From: a virus
Taxonomy: Duplodnaviria; Caudoviricetes
Length of the DNA: 64,000 nucleotides
Direction: 5' to 3' (one strand)
IMG/VR virus record: IMGVR_UViG_3300010167_000010
Coordinates: 265,019-329,018 of that record
A program made the position numbers and the translations under genes. Under the pieces are notes generated by a model. It was not told where the DNA came from and made no database searches. It saw nothing but the letters and a program-made list of their open reading frames with translations. This document shows positions 20,830-30,830 of this stretch, piece by piece (within the stretch, counting starts at the first letter, position 1; each line of letters opens with the position of its first letter).

Positions 20830-21549
20830 ATGATTACTGATACTAGTTTTATTACTGAATGTTGGCATGCTGAAAAGATAGATAATTATAAAGATCTAAT
20901 GGATTATATGAAACAATTTAAAAAAGAAACTTGGGAACGTATGAATATTATGATAGAAAAACATCATATTACACCAGCTTTTGAATGTAAAGATTTAGAT
21001 CAAGAGGAAGAAATTTGGCTTCCAGTTGGAATACATTTTAGAGCCCATCTTTTACGAGCTCGAGATTATGTATCAGAAAGCATGAATATGGAGCCTTATA
21101 TTGATTATGCTATTGGGAACTATACTGAAGCATTTTGTATATTACGACCACATAAACGATTACAAAATATATTCTATAAAGAATTTACTGAAGCAGAAGA
21201 ATGTTACGAAAAGTTTTTTAAGCCGGCAACTTATGAAGCAGCCTTTGGAAAACGAAAGGCAACTTTAATAAAAAGAAAAATAGCAAAAGCAATGAGTAAT
21301 CTTGATCCAATAATTATAGCTAAAAGAAATAAAAGTATTTCTAAATATGCAAAAACTAGACCAGAATCTCATAATCAAGCTATTTCTAGAGGAAAAATGA
21401 AAACAGTAATTCATATCAATACTGGAAAATGTTATAAAAACGCAGGGGCGGCTGCTATTATAACTGGTATTAGTTTAACTTCAATAAAACAATGTTGTCA
21501 AGGAAAAATAAAATCAGTTAAAAATCAACAGTTTGAATATATGTTGTGA
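20830..21549 (+). CDS. Protein with C-terminal NUMOD1-type DNA-binding domain
   Basis: TGKCYKNAGAAAIITGISLTSIKQCCQGK; start reassigned to 20830 from the ACTAACTAAT-ATG spacing. Confidence 0.55.
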   Translation: MITDTSFITECWHAEKIDNYKDLMDYMKQFKKETWERMNIMIEKHHITPAFECKDLDQEEEIWLPVGIHFRAHLLRARDYVSESMNMEPYIDYAIGNYTEAFCILRPHKRLQNIFYKEFTEAEECYEKFFKPATYEAAFGKRKATLIKRKIAKAMSNLDPIIIAKRNKSISKYAKTRPESHNQAISRGKMKTVIHINTGKCYKNAGAAAIITGISLTSIKQCCQGKIKSVKNQQFEYML

Positions 21550-21643
21550 TCTCTGATTTTGTTTCCTTTTTAAATTTATCTTTAAAAACGAAAGAGATTT
21601 CGAGATCAAAATTTGATTACACTATAAAGTTAATATAAAATAT

Positions 21644-21958
21644 ATGAATAATAGACAGAAAAAGAAAGAAGGTGCTAGGGTACATAACAATACTATGGAT
21701 ATCGCAACAAACATTTTTCCCGTCGGAGCTTGTTCTTGTGAGAAAGGTGAGTTATTTATGTATTTGGCTTCTAATCCAGAAAACATTTTTAATATTTACT
21801 GTACAAATTGTATCGTAAGAAGAAACTTAAACATTATTGATCAATACACAGATATAAAGCTTTTTTATAATCCATCTTTAATACTTAAAACTTTAGTAGA
21901 TACTTATGGTGAAGAACAAATAAATAAATTATGGGAAAACAAATGGCAAAAAGAATGA
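21644..21958 (+). CDS. Hypothetical Zn-binding protein
   Basis: CSC ... CTNC. Confidence 0.5.
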   Translation: MNNRQKKKEGARVHNNTMDIATNIFPVGACSCEKGELFMYLASNPENIFNIYCTNCIVRRNLNIIDQYTDIKLFYNPSLILKTLVDTYGEEQINKLWENKWQKE

Positions 21959-22275
21959 TCGGTTATTTAGAATTTGATTTAGATGATCAAAAAAGAAAAT
22001 CTCGGGAAAATACTATTTATTTTCATTTAAGTGATGACGTAGATAAAAAAATACTTAAAAAAGATGTTAGTGCTTTTATTTATAAAGCTGATAACGTTTC
22101 ACACTTTATAGTTAATGAAGATAATTATAAAAAATATAAAAAAGCTTTAGAAGAAAATAAAGAACATTCTCAAGAAATAGAAAAATATAAAAAGGAGATT
22201 AAATTATTAAAGAAAAATATTGAAGATCATAAAGTAGAAATTCAATCTTTAAGTGATAATTTATTATTTAATTAA
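21931..22275 (+). CDS. Hypothetical coiled-coil protein
   Basis: ORF in operon. Confidence 0.5.
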   Translation: MGKQMAKRMIGYLEFDLDDQKRKSRENTIYFHLSDDVDKKILKKDVSAFIYKADNVSHFIVNEDNYKKYKKALEENKEHSQEIEKYKKEIKLLKKNIEDHKVEIQSLSDNLLFN

Positions 22276-22464
22276 ATGAAATATAAAATAGATGAAGCAG
22301 TATTAAAACAAAATTGGCAAGGAAATGTTGATGTTGCTATAGCAATAGCTCTTAATAATATTGCAAATGAATTATCTCGAAGAAATGACATAGAATATGC
22401 CGATAAAATAAATCACGATGAAGATAAATTTTATTTATATCAATCATTGCAGGAGAAAAAATGA
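22276..22464 (+). CDS. Hypothetical protein
   Basis: Abuts both neighbouring genes. Confidence 0.5.
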   Translation: MKYKIDEAVLKQNWQGNVDVAIAIALNNIANELSRRNDIEYADKINHDEDKFYLYQSLQEKK

Positions 22465-22631
22465 AAGAATTAAGATTAGGTGATATAATTGCTTCTTTTG
22501 ATAAAACTGGAGCATTAGTTTTTACTGATGCTTATAAAGAAAACAAAGAAATTTGTTGGATAAATAAAATAGGTGTAACAGCCTTAAAAAAATTTATTGA
22601 AGATAATATGGAGGAACAAGATGAAATTTAG
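22461..22631 (+). CDS. Small hypothetical protein, 56 aa (not in ORF track)
   Basis: AGGAG SD, ATGA overlap, MKELRLGDIIASFDK... Confidence 0.55.
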   Translation: MKELRLGDIIASFDKTGALVFTDAYKENKEICWINKIGVTALKKFIEDNMEEQDEI

Positions 22632-23109
22632 AAACGGATTTGTAAGCAATAGTTCATCTTCATCATTTATTGTAGTTGGAAATGAACCATTACAAATTCA
22701 TAAATTACATGTAGCTTATGGTGATGTTAAAACATTACAGATACCTCAAACATTTGGTGGGACAGCCGATTGGGAATGTGGGATATATAATACATTTATT
22801 GATAGATTAAATTGGGTATCACTTATGTGTTATTGTTCATGGTCGCCTAATCAAGAAGATAACGGATGGACTGATATGTTCGTTGATGTTCTTAAAGAAA
22901 ACTTAGATTTAGAACATATTAAAATAAATTGGATATATGATGAAGATTATCATGAAGTTTTTACTGCTGATAAAGTTATATATGAATTAAATCATGGTTC
23001 ACACCCAAATAATAATCCAGAAGAAATGGAAAAAATATTTTCAAATAAAGAATCACTTAAAAGATTTTTATTTGCACCAGATTCTTCTATTAAAATAGAA
23101 TGGGATTAG
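22621..23109 (+). CDS. Protein with MKxRNGFVSNSSSSSF N-terminus
   Basis: GGAGG SD before ATG 22621; same N-terminus at 32094. Confidence 0.7.
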   Translation: MKFRNGFVSNSSSSSFIVVGNEPLQIHKLHVAYGDVKTLQIPQTFGGTADWECGIYNTFIDRLNWVSLMCYCSWSPNQEDNGWTDMFVDVLKENLDLEHIKINWIYDEDYHEVFTADKVIYELNHGSHPNNNPEEMEKIFSNKESLKRFLFAPDSSIKIEWD

Positions 23110-23159
23110 AATAATTTTCTCTTATGTTTTTCATCTACTAATTATTAAGGAGAAAAAAT

Positions 23160-23600
23160 GTGAATGAAAAACGTATCAAAAATATCATTATCATTGTTCT
23201 TAGCGTTGCTTTTATTATTAGCACCGCTATCGCCATCTATTATGGCCGCACAGGAAGTATCGATTACGCCAATCAGCTTCGAGATACAATCAACAGATTG
23301 GAATCCAACAATGATGAATTACGAACAGCTAATGCTGAACAAGGCAGAACACTTACATCAGTCCTTGACGACCTTGAACATGCAAATCAATATATCACTG
23401 AACTCGAACACAACCACGGACTCGCCATTGGGGTTTCTAGACGAACAAATGAGAGACTTATTGAATTTACAAGCTCAATGGGAACTATTGGAACAGACAT
23501 CACGGGACTTATTGAGCGACAACGAAGAATTGATATCATTGTTAGAGAGCTCTGGGAGGATAATCGCGAGTTTAGAGCAGCGCTTGGCATCAGCGACTAG
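23160..23600 (+). CDS. i-spanin-like protein (N-terminal TM plus coiled coil)
   Basis: MNEKRIKNIIIIVLSVAFIISTAIAIYY then heptad-rich helix; AAGGAG SD. Confidence 0.55.
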   Translation: MNEKRIKNIIIIVLSVAFIISTAIAIYYGRTGSIDYANQLRDTINRLESNNDELRTANAEQGRTLTSVLDDLEHANQYITELEHNHGLAIGVSRRTNERLIEFTSSMGTIGTDITGLIERQRRIDIIVRELWEDNREFRAALGISD

Positions 23601-23904
23601 GGGGGTAACCGACGCACTAGAAAATTGGTGGCATATGGAGAATTTATTAGATGAACAACGTGAACTAGTTGCTATTGCTCATTTACAAATTAATCAATGG
23701 GAAAGAGCTCACTTTCAACTTCAAAGACGTGTTAAATTGGGACCTTACGTTTTTGCCATTGGCGGAATTTGTTTCGTTGGTGGTGGATCTGTGATGGGAA
23801 TGGGGATTGCAAACAATGATATTCAGCAAACAATGACAGGTGCAGGTATCGTTGTAGGAACTGGACTTATCTACATTTTAGGCCGAACATTTAATTGGTG
23901 GTAA
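23164..23904 (+). CDS. Secreted/membrane coiled-coil protein overprinted on 23160..23600 (spanin partner candidate)
   Basis: Signal peptide, long coiled coil, two C-terminal hydrophobic segments. Confidence 0.6.
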   Translation: MKNVSKISLSLFLALLLLLAPLSPSIMAAQEVSITPISFEIQSTDWNPTMMNYEQLMLNKAEHLHQSLTTLNMQINISLNSNTTTDSPLGFLDEQMRDLLNLQAQWELLEQTSRDLLSDNEELISLLESSGRIIASLEQRLASATRGVTDALENWWHMENLLDEQRELVAIAHLQINQWERAHFQLQRRVKLGPYVFAIGGICFVGGGSVMGMGIANNDIQQTMTGAGIVVGTGLIYILGRTFNWW

Positions 23905-23932
23905 TGACTAAATTCTATAAGGAGGTCATATC

Positions 23933-24172
23933 ATGGCTGAACAAAGAGATATTGGACAAAAGATTAGTGACACAATCACAATCGTATTTCCAATGGTTAT
24001 TGCACTTTTAGCTGCTCTCGGGTTAGCAGGAATAGAAATACTCGAAGGACAAATAATGTACATCTCATTCTTAGCAATGGGTATTGTTTCTACAATCGCA
24101 AGCATTTGGTTTAATAAGACAATTGGTGTTGGTTGGTTCTGCGGAAACAAAGATTGTTTACCAAAAAATTAA
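23933..24172 (+). CDS. Small two-TM protein, holin candidate
   Basis: AAGGAGGT SD; two hydrophobic helices. Confidence 0.55.
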   Translation: MAEQRDIGQKISDTITIVFPMVIALLAALGLAGIEILEGQIMYISFLAMGIVSTIASIWFNKTIGVGWFCGNKDCLPKN

Positions 24173-24179
24173 AAATATG

Positions 24180-24206
24180 GAGGAGCTTTTCAGCTCCTCT
24201 TTTTTT
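24180..24206 (+). terminator. Intrinsic terminator
   Basis: GAGGAGCT-TTTC-AGCTCCTC followed by T run. Confidence 0.8.
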
Positions 24207-24255
24207 GAACATATTCTTTATAAAACTTATATATTATTATATGGAGAAATATTAA

Positions 24256-24564
24256 ATGAATCAAACCAGAATTTCTATAGCTACAGCTGCCGCAGAGGCA
24301 TGTAATGGGAAACTTGTTTCCACACAAAAACAATTAGAAAATGGAACTTATATGTTTCAATTTGGTGCAGCACCAGAAAAAACTTATGGAATTTATGCGT
24401 CTGGTGCAGTTAGGTGCTTAGGAAAAGGTTCTAATCATAAACAATATAGCCATACATATATGACACCATTACTTTTTAATAGACTTCCTGGTGATAGAAG
24501 AGAAATCCGTCGAGTCTCATTTGATGAAGGCTTAGCATATTTGATAAATCGTTTCAAAAATTAA
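24256..24564 (+). CDS. Hypothetical early protein
   Basis: Own class I promoter and downstream hairpin at 24574-24591. Confidence 0.6.
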   Translation: MNQTRISIATAAAEACNGKLVSTQKQLENGTYMFQFGAAPEKTYGIYASGAVRCLGKGSNHKQYSHTYMTPLLFNRLPGDRREIRRVSFDEGLAYLINRFKN

Positions 24565-24631
24565 GATAACTCAGGCCGGAGAGATCCGGCCAAAGTTAAT
24601 TTAAAACTTATAAAATTTCTTATATTTATTT

Positions 24632-26002
24632 ATGGAGAAGAAAATGGCTGAAAAAGAAAAAGAAGTAAATAATGATCAAGATGATCGTAATCCTAATCAT
24701 GTTAGAGATTTAATATTTACTGCATTGAGCATTACTGAATATACACAAATTCCAATGCTTTTTTTGGGAAATCCTGGAATTGCTAAAACAACAGGCGTTC
24801 GTCTTTGGGCTGAAACTTATGGATATCGAGTTACGACCTTGATTGGAACACAAAGAGTTGCTGAAGAAATTCTTGGTTATATGGTAAATGATACTGGAGA
24901 AAAACGTCTCATAACTTATACTCCAGATTGGTTTGACGAAGTTGTTGAGAACAAGAAAGCAGGATTTAAAACCCTTCTTTTTATTGATGAACTTTCACAA
25001 GCTCCTGATAATGTTCAAGGTGCAATGTTGCAGCTTATTTTTGATCGCCGAGTTGGTGGTAGAGCAAATTATCTTCCCGATGATTGTCTCGTTGTTTCAG
25101 CTGCAAATTATAAGGGAAATATTCCACCTCAGTGCGGTATTCAAGCTCCTACATTAAATCGTTTTTGTATAGTTAACGTTAATCCAATTGATGGAATTGG
25201 TCTCATAACGGAATTTTTACAATCAGAAGAAGAAAGAAAAGATAAAATTCCAGTTTTCGGCCGAGTAGAAATTTCTCCTCGTATTGAAGATACAGCGAGA
25301 AAAGTATTAAAAGATACATTAGCAATTTTATTTTCTACATATTGTAGAAAAGATGATAAAGAAATGACGCTTGATGTAAATAACACAAATTTTAGTGATA
25401 TATTTGATCAACCAGGTCCAATTCATAATTTTATAACCGGTAGAACTGTTCATTATATGTATAAACTTGTTATTGGTTTTATTCATCTTAGGCTTATACG
25501 GAAAATACATAAAGAAATAATTGCTAATTTAGTTTTAGGTCTTGGTGGTCTTGGTACAAATACATTTAAGAATGAAAAACAAAAAGAAGATTTCCAAACT
25601 TCACTTCTAACCGGTTTCCAAAAAATACTTCGTCGTTCAGTAGAATCAAATATGGAAGAAATAAATTCTGTAGAACTTGATTTTACCGATAAAACTATTG
25701 AAGAAGGAATCTCAATGTGGATGAGATCTCAAGAATCTAATGGAAATATTAATGATATAAATCTTCAGCGGTTAATGGAACTAATCAGAAAGAATTATGG
25801 CTCTTCAGAAACTAAAATGACTGCTACGCTTACAAAAAATTGGGATTCAAAAAGAGTTTTAGGTGATTTGCAAAAATTAAATACTTTGGCAGGATATCTT
25901 AAATCAGCCCAAATGATGGAAATTGGTCCTTTGGTAAAAGAACTTGAAGTAATTGCTGCATCTTGGGACACATATAAAACTGCCATTCTTAATTCAATAT
26001 AG
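24632..26002 (+). CDS. MoxR/AAA_5-type AAA+ ATPase
   Basis: GNPGIAKT Walker A, LLFIDE Walker B, VSAAN, LNRF. Confidence 0.85.
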   Translation: MEKKMAEKEKEVNNDQDDRNPNHVRDLIFTALSITEYTQIPMLFLGNPGIAKTTGVRLWAETYGYRVTTLIGTQRVAEEILGYMVNDTGEKRLITYTPDWFDEVVENKKAGFKTLLFIDELSQAPDNVQGAMLQLIFDRRVGGRANYLPDDCLVVSAANYKGNIPPQCGIQAPTLNRFCIVNVNPIDGIGLITEFLQSEEERKDKIPVFGRVEISPRIEDTARKVLKDTLAILFSTYCRKDDKEMTLDVNNTNFSDIFDQPGPIHNFITGRTVHYMYKLVIGFIHLRLIRKIHKEIIANLVLGLGGLGTNTFKNEKQKEDFQTSLLTGFQKILRRSVESNMEEINSVELDFTDKTIEEGISMWMRSQESNGNINDINLQRLMELIRKNYGSSETKMTATLTKNWDSKRVLGDLQKLNTLAGYLKSAQMMEIGPLVKELEVIAASWDTYKTAILNSI

Positions 26003-26011
26003 GAGAAAAAG

Positions 26012-26230
26012 ATGATTGTAATAATTACAACCAAAACAGGTGAAAATAAGAAAGCTTTTATTAGAAATCAAATTTTTAAAGAAATTGATCAAAATAATAA
26101 GCCAATAGGTCCAATAACTACTTCTACAATAAAATCTATTTATTGGCCAATAAAGAACAAAATTGAAGATATTCCTATAAAAGAGTGGATGAAAACTGCA
26201 GAAGAAAATAATTTCTGGGGAATGGATTAA
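26012..26230 (+). CDS. Hypothetical protein
   Basis: AGGAG SD. Confidence 0.5.
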   Translation: MIVIITTKTGENKKAFIRNQIFKEIDQNNKPIGPITTSTIKSIYWPIKNKIEDIPIKEWMKTAEENNFWGMD

Positions 26231-26255
26231 TCTTATATAATATTAAGAGGATTAA

Positions 26256-28151
26256 ATGGGAAAAATAACTACTAAAACATTAGATAAATCTGTATTTGTA
26301 TTGGTTCCAAAAACTAATAGACAACAAGCTGAAAAAATGTTTCATGCCGCACCTTTTTATGATGCAAAAGGAAAAATAGATTTTTTTGGTAATACATTAC
26401 CAATTATAGATTTTGAAACAACTAGACTAATAACTAGATCAGATGTAATGTATCTTCAACAAATGTTGGATGTTATTTATCCAAAATCTCGTTATACTCC
26501 TACAAAACTAAAATTAGCAAATGATGATCTCATAGAACATAGCACAATGGTAAAATATACTGATAGGGCACATCCAAAACTTAAAGCAGCGGGTGTGCTC
26601 GCCTGTGTAATGAAAGAATGGCGAAATATGTTTAACATATTTATTAATGAAGATATGGAAAATGAATCTTATGATTCAGCTGATCTTCATGAAAAAGGCC
26701 ATATTCTTTTTAATCATACAGCTGGAACAAAAATGTATATTGAACAGTTTAGAAAAGAAATTGATAAAATATGGGATTTAAAACTTGCTAAATATTTTGA
26801 ATCTACAACATTTAAAAACTCTAAAGATAAAATAGTTAGAATGCTTTTTAATGAATTTTCTAATATTGCACAAGATATGGAAATAAATTCTAAATTATTT
26901 GATAATGGTGAATGGGTTAAAGCTAAAAAAACATTAGCTCGTTCAGCAACTGTAGTTCATTATCTTGATGTTTATAGAGAATTTGATGAATTAAGTGGTT
27001 TAATTAAAAATGAAAATGCTAGAAATTTAGGACACAAAAGTTATGAGAAAATAGTTAAAAAGTTTTTAATTGTTCTTTCTAATATTATTGATCGTATTGA
27101 TGGAAAAGAAGGTGATTTTAAATTTTGTTATCCAACAAATAAAGGTTGGCCGGAAAAACTAGATTGGATGACATATATGATTCTTCTTGTAAAAGATATT
27201 GATGATACTATGGAACAAGTACTAAAACAAATACAAGAAAAACTTCAAGCAGGTGCAGCAGCACAAGGTTCAGGAAATGGTGGTGCAGGAACAGGAACTG
27301 CAGGTGGCCAGAAAAAAATCTCTCAAGATATTTTAGATGAATATTTTGACCAAGATAAAAGTGAAAAAGATGCAATGGACGATGCCAATGAAGGTGGCGG
27401 TATAGGTGATGATGAAGATGATGAAGAAACTGGAGATGCATCGTCTGGTGGAAGAAGTCAAGGTGGAGAAGGTAGAGGAAGGGGTTCATCTCCTGTTGAA
27501 GTAGAGTTTGAAACATGTGAAACTTTTGATAGTTTTACAAAATTTTTAAGAAAAAATTGTTTAGGAAAAAAGAATCGCCGTTGGAATTCAGACGTATTAT
27601 ATAATTCTAATAGAGGAAAATTTGCATCGCGTGTTGTAGTTCCTAGAAGACATTTAATTGAAAAATGGATGCCAACTGAATGTCATATTATCGTTGACGT
27701 TTCTGGTTCAGTACCAACTGATTATGTTGAAAGAGTTATAAACAGTATTGTTGATACAAATTCTGGAATTGATTTAGCTCGTTCACATATTATATTTTGT
27801 GATACTTCTGTAGTAAGTGATGAAATAATGAATGCTAGAACAAAATCAGTTTATTCTGGTGGTGGTACAGAAATTGCTGAAGGAATTAAATATGTTGCTA
27901 AAAAAGGATATTGTTCAAAAAGAACTGATAAACTTTTTATAATATCAGATTTCCAAGATAATTTAAATGCTTGGGTACAAGCAGCACAAGAAATTCCTGG
28001 AATTAAATATGCTATTGGTTATAATGTAACTAATAAAGAAGATTGTAATAGAATATTCGATCATGCAGGTTATGGTGGTCGTGGTGATGGTGAATTTAAA
28101 CAAAAATGGAATAACACTTTTAAGACAGTATTTATAACAGAAGTAATTTAG
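26256..28151 (+). CDS. HExxH metallopeptidase-like plus VWA domain protein (MoxR partner, DUF2201-like)
   Basis: LHEKGHI, NIAQDMEIN, acidic/Gly linker, VDVSGS MIDAS, GGGT, IISD. Confidence 0.82.
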   Translation: MGKITTKTLDKSVFVLVPKTNRQQAEKMFHAAPFYDAKGKIDFFGNTLPIIDFETTRLITRSDVMYLQQMLDVIYPKSRYTPTKLKLANDDLIEHSTMVKYTDRAHPKLKAAGVLACVMKEWRNMFNIFINEDMENESYDSADLHEKGHILFNHTAGTKMYIEQFRKEIDKIWDLKLAKYFESTTFKNSKDKIVRMLFNEFSNIAQDMEINSKLFDNGEWVKAKKTLARSATVVHYLDVYREFDELSGLIKNENARNLGHKSYEKIVKKFLIVLSNIIDRIDGKEGDFKFCYPTNKGWPEKLDWMTYMILLVKDIDDTMEQVLKQIQEKLQAGAAAQGSGNGGAGTGTAGGQKKISQDILDEYFDQDKSEKDAMDDANEGGGIGDDEDDEETGDASSGGRSQGGEGRGRGSSPVEVEFETCETFDSFTKFLRKNCLGKKNRRWNSDVLYNSNRGKFASRVVVPRRHLIEKWMPTECHIIVDVSGSVPTDYVERVINSIVDTNSGIDLARSHIIFCDTSVVSDEIMNARTKSVYSGGGTEIAEGIKYVAKKGYCSKRTDKLFIISDFQDNLNAWVQAAQEIPGIKYAIGYNVTNKEDCNRIFDHAGYGGRGDGEFKQKWNNTFKTVFITEVI

Positions 28152-28171
28152 AACATAGTTAATTTAATATT

Positions 28172-28348
28172 ATGTGGAAAGAATGGTTAAGAGATTGCGG
28201 TATTTGTTATGGTGCTATATTTGCTATTATAGGATTATTAGTTTTATTTAGTCTTCCAATTTTTCATTATATTTTTGGAATATTAATCATTGGATTTATA
28301 ATATTTGTTTGTATTCAATTTGTCAGAATAATAAAGGCAATTGAATGA
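28172..28348 (+). CDS. Small membrane protein, 58 aa (not in ORF track)
   Basis: MWKEWLRDCGICYGAIFAIIGLLVF...; GTTAATTTA motif 14 nt upstream. Confidence 0.55.
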   Translation: MWKEWLRDCGICYGAIFAIIGLLVLFSLPIFHYIFGILIIGFIIFVCIQFVRIIKAIE

Positions 28349-28611
28349 TAGATAAAGAATTATTTGTTGTCGGTGTTCATGATAAAAAATCTGGTTACAA
28401 ACAAATATGGCATATTGATGAATATAAAAAAGTAAAAGTTACATATGATGCCTGTTTATCAGGTGCAAAAAATCAAGGTTTAGATCCAGATTCTTTATTT
28501 TTATTTCCTTTCCCACCTGATGATGAAGTTGTTGAAAAATTTAAGTTAACACATGATTTTTTAAAATGGCTTCACGATACTACAAAACCAATTATTCAAA
28601 ATTTTAAATGA
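28345..28611 (+). CDS. Hypothetical protein
   Basis: ATGA coupling. Confidence 0.5.
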   Translation: MIDKELFVVGVHDKKSGYKQIWHIDEYKKVKVTYDACLSGAKNQGLDPDSLFLFPFPPDDEVVEKFKLTHDFLKWLHDTTKPIIQNFK

Positions 28612-28952
28612 GTAAACAACAAAAAATAAGATGGAATATAACTGCTCATACAGATGAAGGCGATCCAATAGCTCTTAAAGAATATCAAGATGTAAATTAT
28701 AAAGATGCACCGGTATCTATAAATGAAATAGATAAAATATCTATTGGAAGTTGGGCTTATAACCCAGATGGTAAAGTAACTAAAAATCATTCTGAAGACG
28801 GTATAGAAAAAATATTTATAAGTCAAAAAAAATATAATGAATTAGCAAGATCAAGTTTAATAGCACAAGGAAAAGTAATTTCTTTAATAGAAGAAAAAGA
28901 GCAATTAGAAAATCAATTAAAATACTATAAATCGTTATGTGAGTTAATATAA
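28608..28952 (+). CDS. Hypothetical protein
   Basis: ATGA coupling. Confidence 0.5.
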   Translation: MSKQQKIRWNITAHTDEGDPIALKEYQDVNYKDAPVSINEIDKISIGSWAYNPDGKVTKNHSEDGIEKIFISQKKYNELARSSLIAQGKVISLIEEKEQLENQLKYYKSLCELI

Positions 28953-29049
28953 TTAAAGAAGAGATACTAATTATTATAGATTATTTCTATATGACTGAAG
29001 TATAGTAAGTCAATAATTAGTGTGAACAATTTCACAATAGGAGAAAAAA

Positions 29050-30435
29050 ATGAGTGAACAAACAAAACAAGAAGTCGTAACGGATCTCGACCCTAGCTTT
29101 TTTCAAGCTTATTCAAAAAAGGTCGCAGAAGAATCAAAAAAATCAACAGGACAATCTAATTTCCCACAAAGAGAATTCGAAGACATCGGTTATACTGGAT
29201 TAGAAACAGGTGTAAACAAAATTTATAGAGTAATTGGTGCACCTCCTGGTTCAGAAACTATGGGTTATGTTAGAAAAAATTATGACCCAAAACAAGTTAT
29301 GATGTGTGAAGTAAAGGATGATGAAGGTAAAAAATTTACTATTCGTCTTCCATTAAGAGAAGATATTGCTGCACATAATCATATTTTACATCGATTATAT
29401 GACAAAATAACAGAGGTGGTTTGGGTTAACAGAAAGAAAGTTTTTGTAAATGAAACTAAATACCCAGATCTATGGAAGATGATTACTAAAGGTAATTATA
29501 CTGAAAATGATGGCAAAACTTATTCAATTTCGGCAGGATTTAAGTCTACAACATATACAGTAATGAATGTTATAGATAGACAAGATGATTGGTGTGAAAA
29601 AAATAAGCATACTAAAATTTTGTGTAACGATATTGGTGTATCAACAAATCCAAAAACACAAGAAGTTACTTATTGGCCAAAACCTGGTATTAAAACTTTT
29701 TCTTTAAAGAAAAGATTAGCAGAAATCGTCGGTAAGTATGGTAATTTAGAAACGTACGATATCGCTTTTAAGAAAACAGGTGAACAGGACAATCCTCTTG
29801 AATTAAGAAACGCATCTCTTTATAAATCTAAGAGTATGATGGAAGAAATAAAGAATACAGATGGAACTTTACCAGATGAAAATATTATCATTTGTGGTCC
29901 ACTTACTTCAGAAGAAAAATCTTATGTAAGATATGATTTAGATAAATTATATCAACCAACATCTTATACAAAACTTCTAAAAAGAGTTGCAGCATTATTT
30001 AAGCTTACAGATGCTTATTTAGGTTCGAAGTTTTTCCAAGAACTTGAAGATCTTTCTGAAAAAGAAAAGGAAGAATGGGCTCGATTATATCCTAAGGGAG
30101 AAAATAATGATGAAGCAGAACAGGTTGCAGTAGAAAATAAAACTATAAATGAAGAAGTTAAAAAGGAAGAAGCACCTGTAACACCAAAAAGACGAACTGC
30201 AATTGGTCCAGTAGCAAATTTATCTGATGATAAAATTGCTTTACTTAAAGGTTGGTCAAAACTTAATGATCATCAAAAATCTTTAATTAAAGATATTAAA
30301 ACTAAAGACGGAGTAGTATCAGAAATTGAATGGGAAGAGTGTGATGAGACTAAAGGTCTTTTCGCTTGCGATTGTCACTTACCTTCACCTGAAACATTTG
30401 AAACATGTCCTGGCTGCGGAGCCAATTTCGTTTAA
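29050..30435 (+). CDS. Single-stranded DNA-binding protein (T4 gp32-like) with C-terminal Zn ribbon
   Basis: YRVIGAP, VMNVIDR, YDIAFKKTG, YDLDKL pattern; terminal CDC...CPGC. Confidence 0.6.
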   Translation: MSEQTKQEVVTDLDPSFFQAYSKKVAEESKKSTGQSNFPQREFEDIGYTGLETGVNKIYRVIGAPPGSETMGYVRKNYDPKQVMMCEVKDDEGKKFTIRLPLREDIAAHNHILHRLYDKITEVVWVNRKKVFVNETKYPDLWKMITKGNYTENDGKTYSISAGFKSTTYTVMNVIDRQDDWCEKNKHTKILCNDIGVSTNPKTQEVTYWPKPGIKTFSLKKRLAEIVGKYGNLETYDIAFKKTGEQDNPLELRNASLYKSKSMMEEIKNTDGTLPDENIIICGPLTSEEKSYVRYDLDKLYQPTSYTKLLKRVAALFKLTDAYLGSKFFQELEDLSEKEKEEWARLYPKGENNDEAEQVAVENKTINEEVKKEEAPVTPKRRTAIGPVANLSDDKIALLKGWSKLNDHQKSLIKDIKTKDGVVSEIEWEECDETKGLFACDCHLPSPETFETCPGCGANFV

Positions 30436-30830
30436 TAGGAGGAAGCGGAGATGAAATATTCTCCGCTAATTTTATGTTATTAGTTAGAATAAATCCAGGC
30501 GAGGATTATATAATTGAAGATGATTCTATATTTAATGATTCTACATTTAGATTAAAAGATATTCCACCAGAAAAAGTTCATAGAGTTTTCCATAGAATAA
30601 TAGAATTATCTGAAGAAGAAATGATTAAATATTTCGGTGAAAATTATAAAGAACAACCAAATGTTACAAAATCACAAGTAGAATTTTCTTTTCAACCATT
30701 ATCACAAATGCCTTTTAATTTTAAAAGATTTTTTATAAATATGAATAATATTATTTTTTATGGTGAACTTACTGAAGATTGTGGATTATTAATGTTATTT
30801 AATAAATATAAAGCTGAGATGAATTTATGA
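30405..30830 (+). CDS. Hypothetical protein (start probably later, near 30474)
   Basis: ORF coupled to the next gene. Confidence 0.45.
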   Translation: MSWLRSQFRLIGGSGDEIFSANFMLLVRINPGEDYIIEDDSIFNDSTFRLKDIPPEKVHRVFHRIIELSEEEMIKYFGENYKEQPNVTKSQVEFSFQPLSQMPFNFKRFFINMNNIIFYGELTEDCGLLMLFNKYKAEMNL

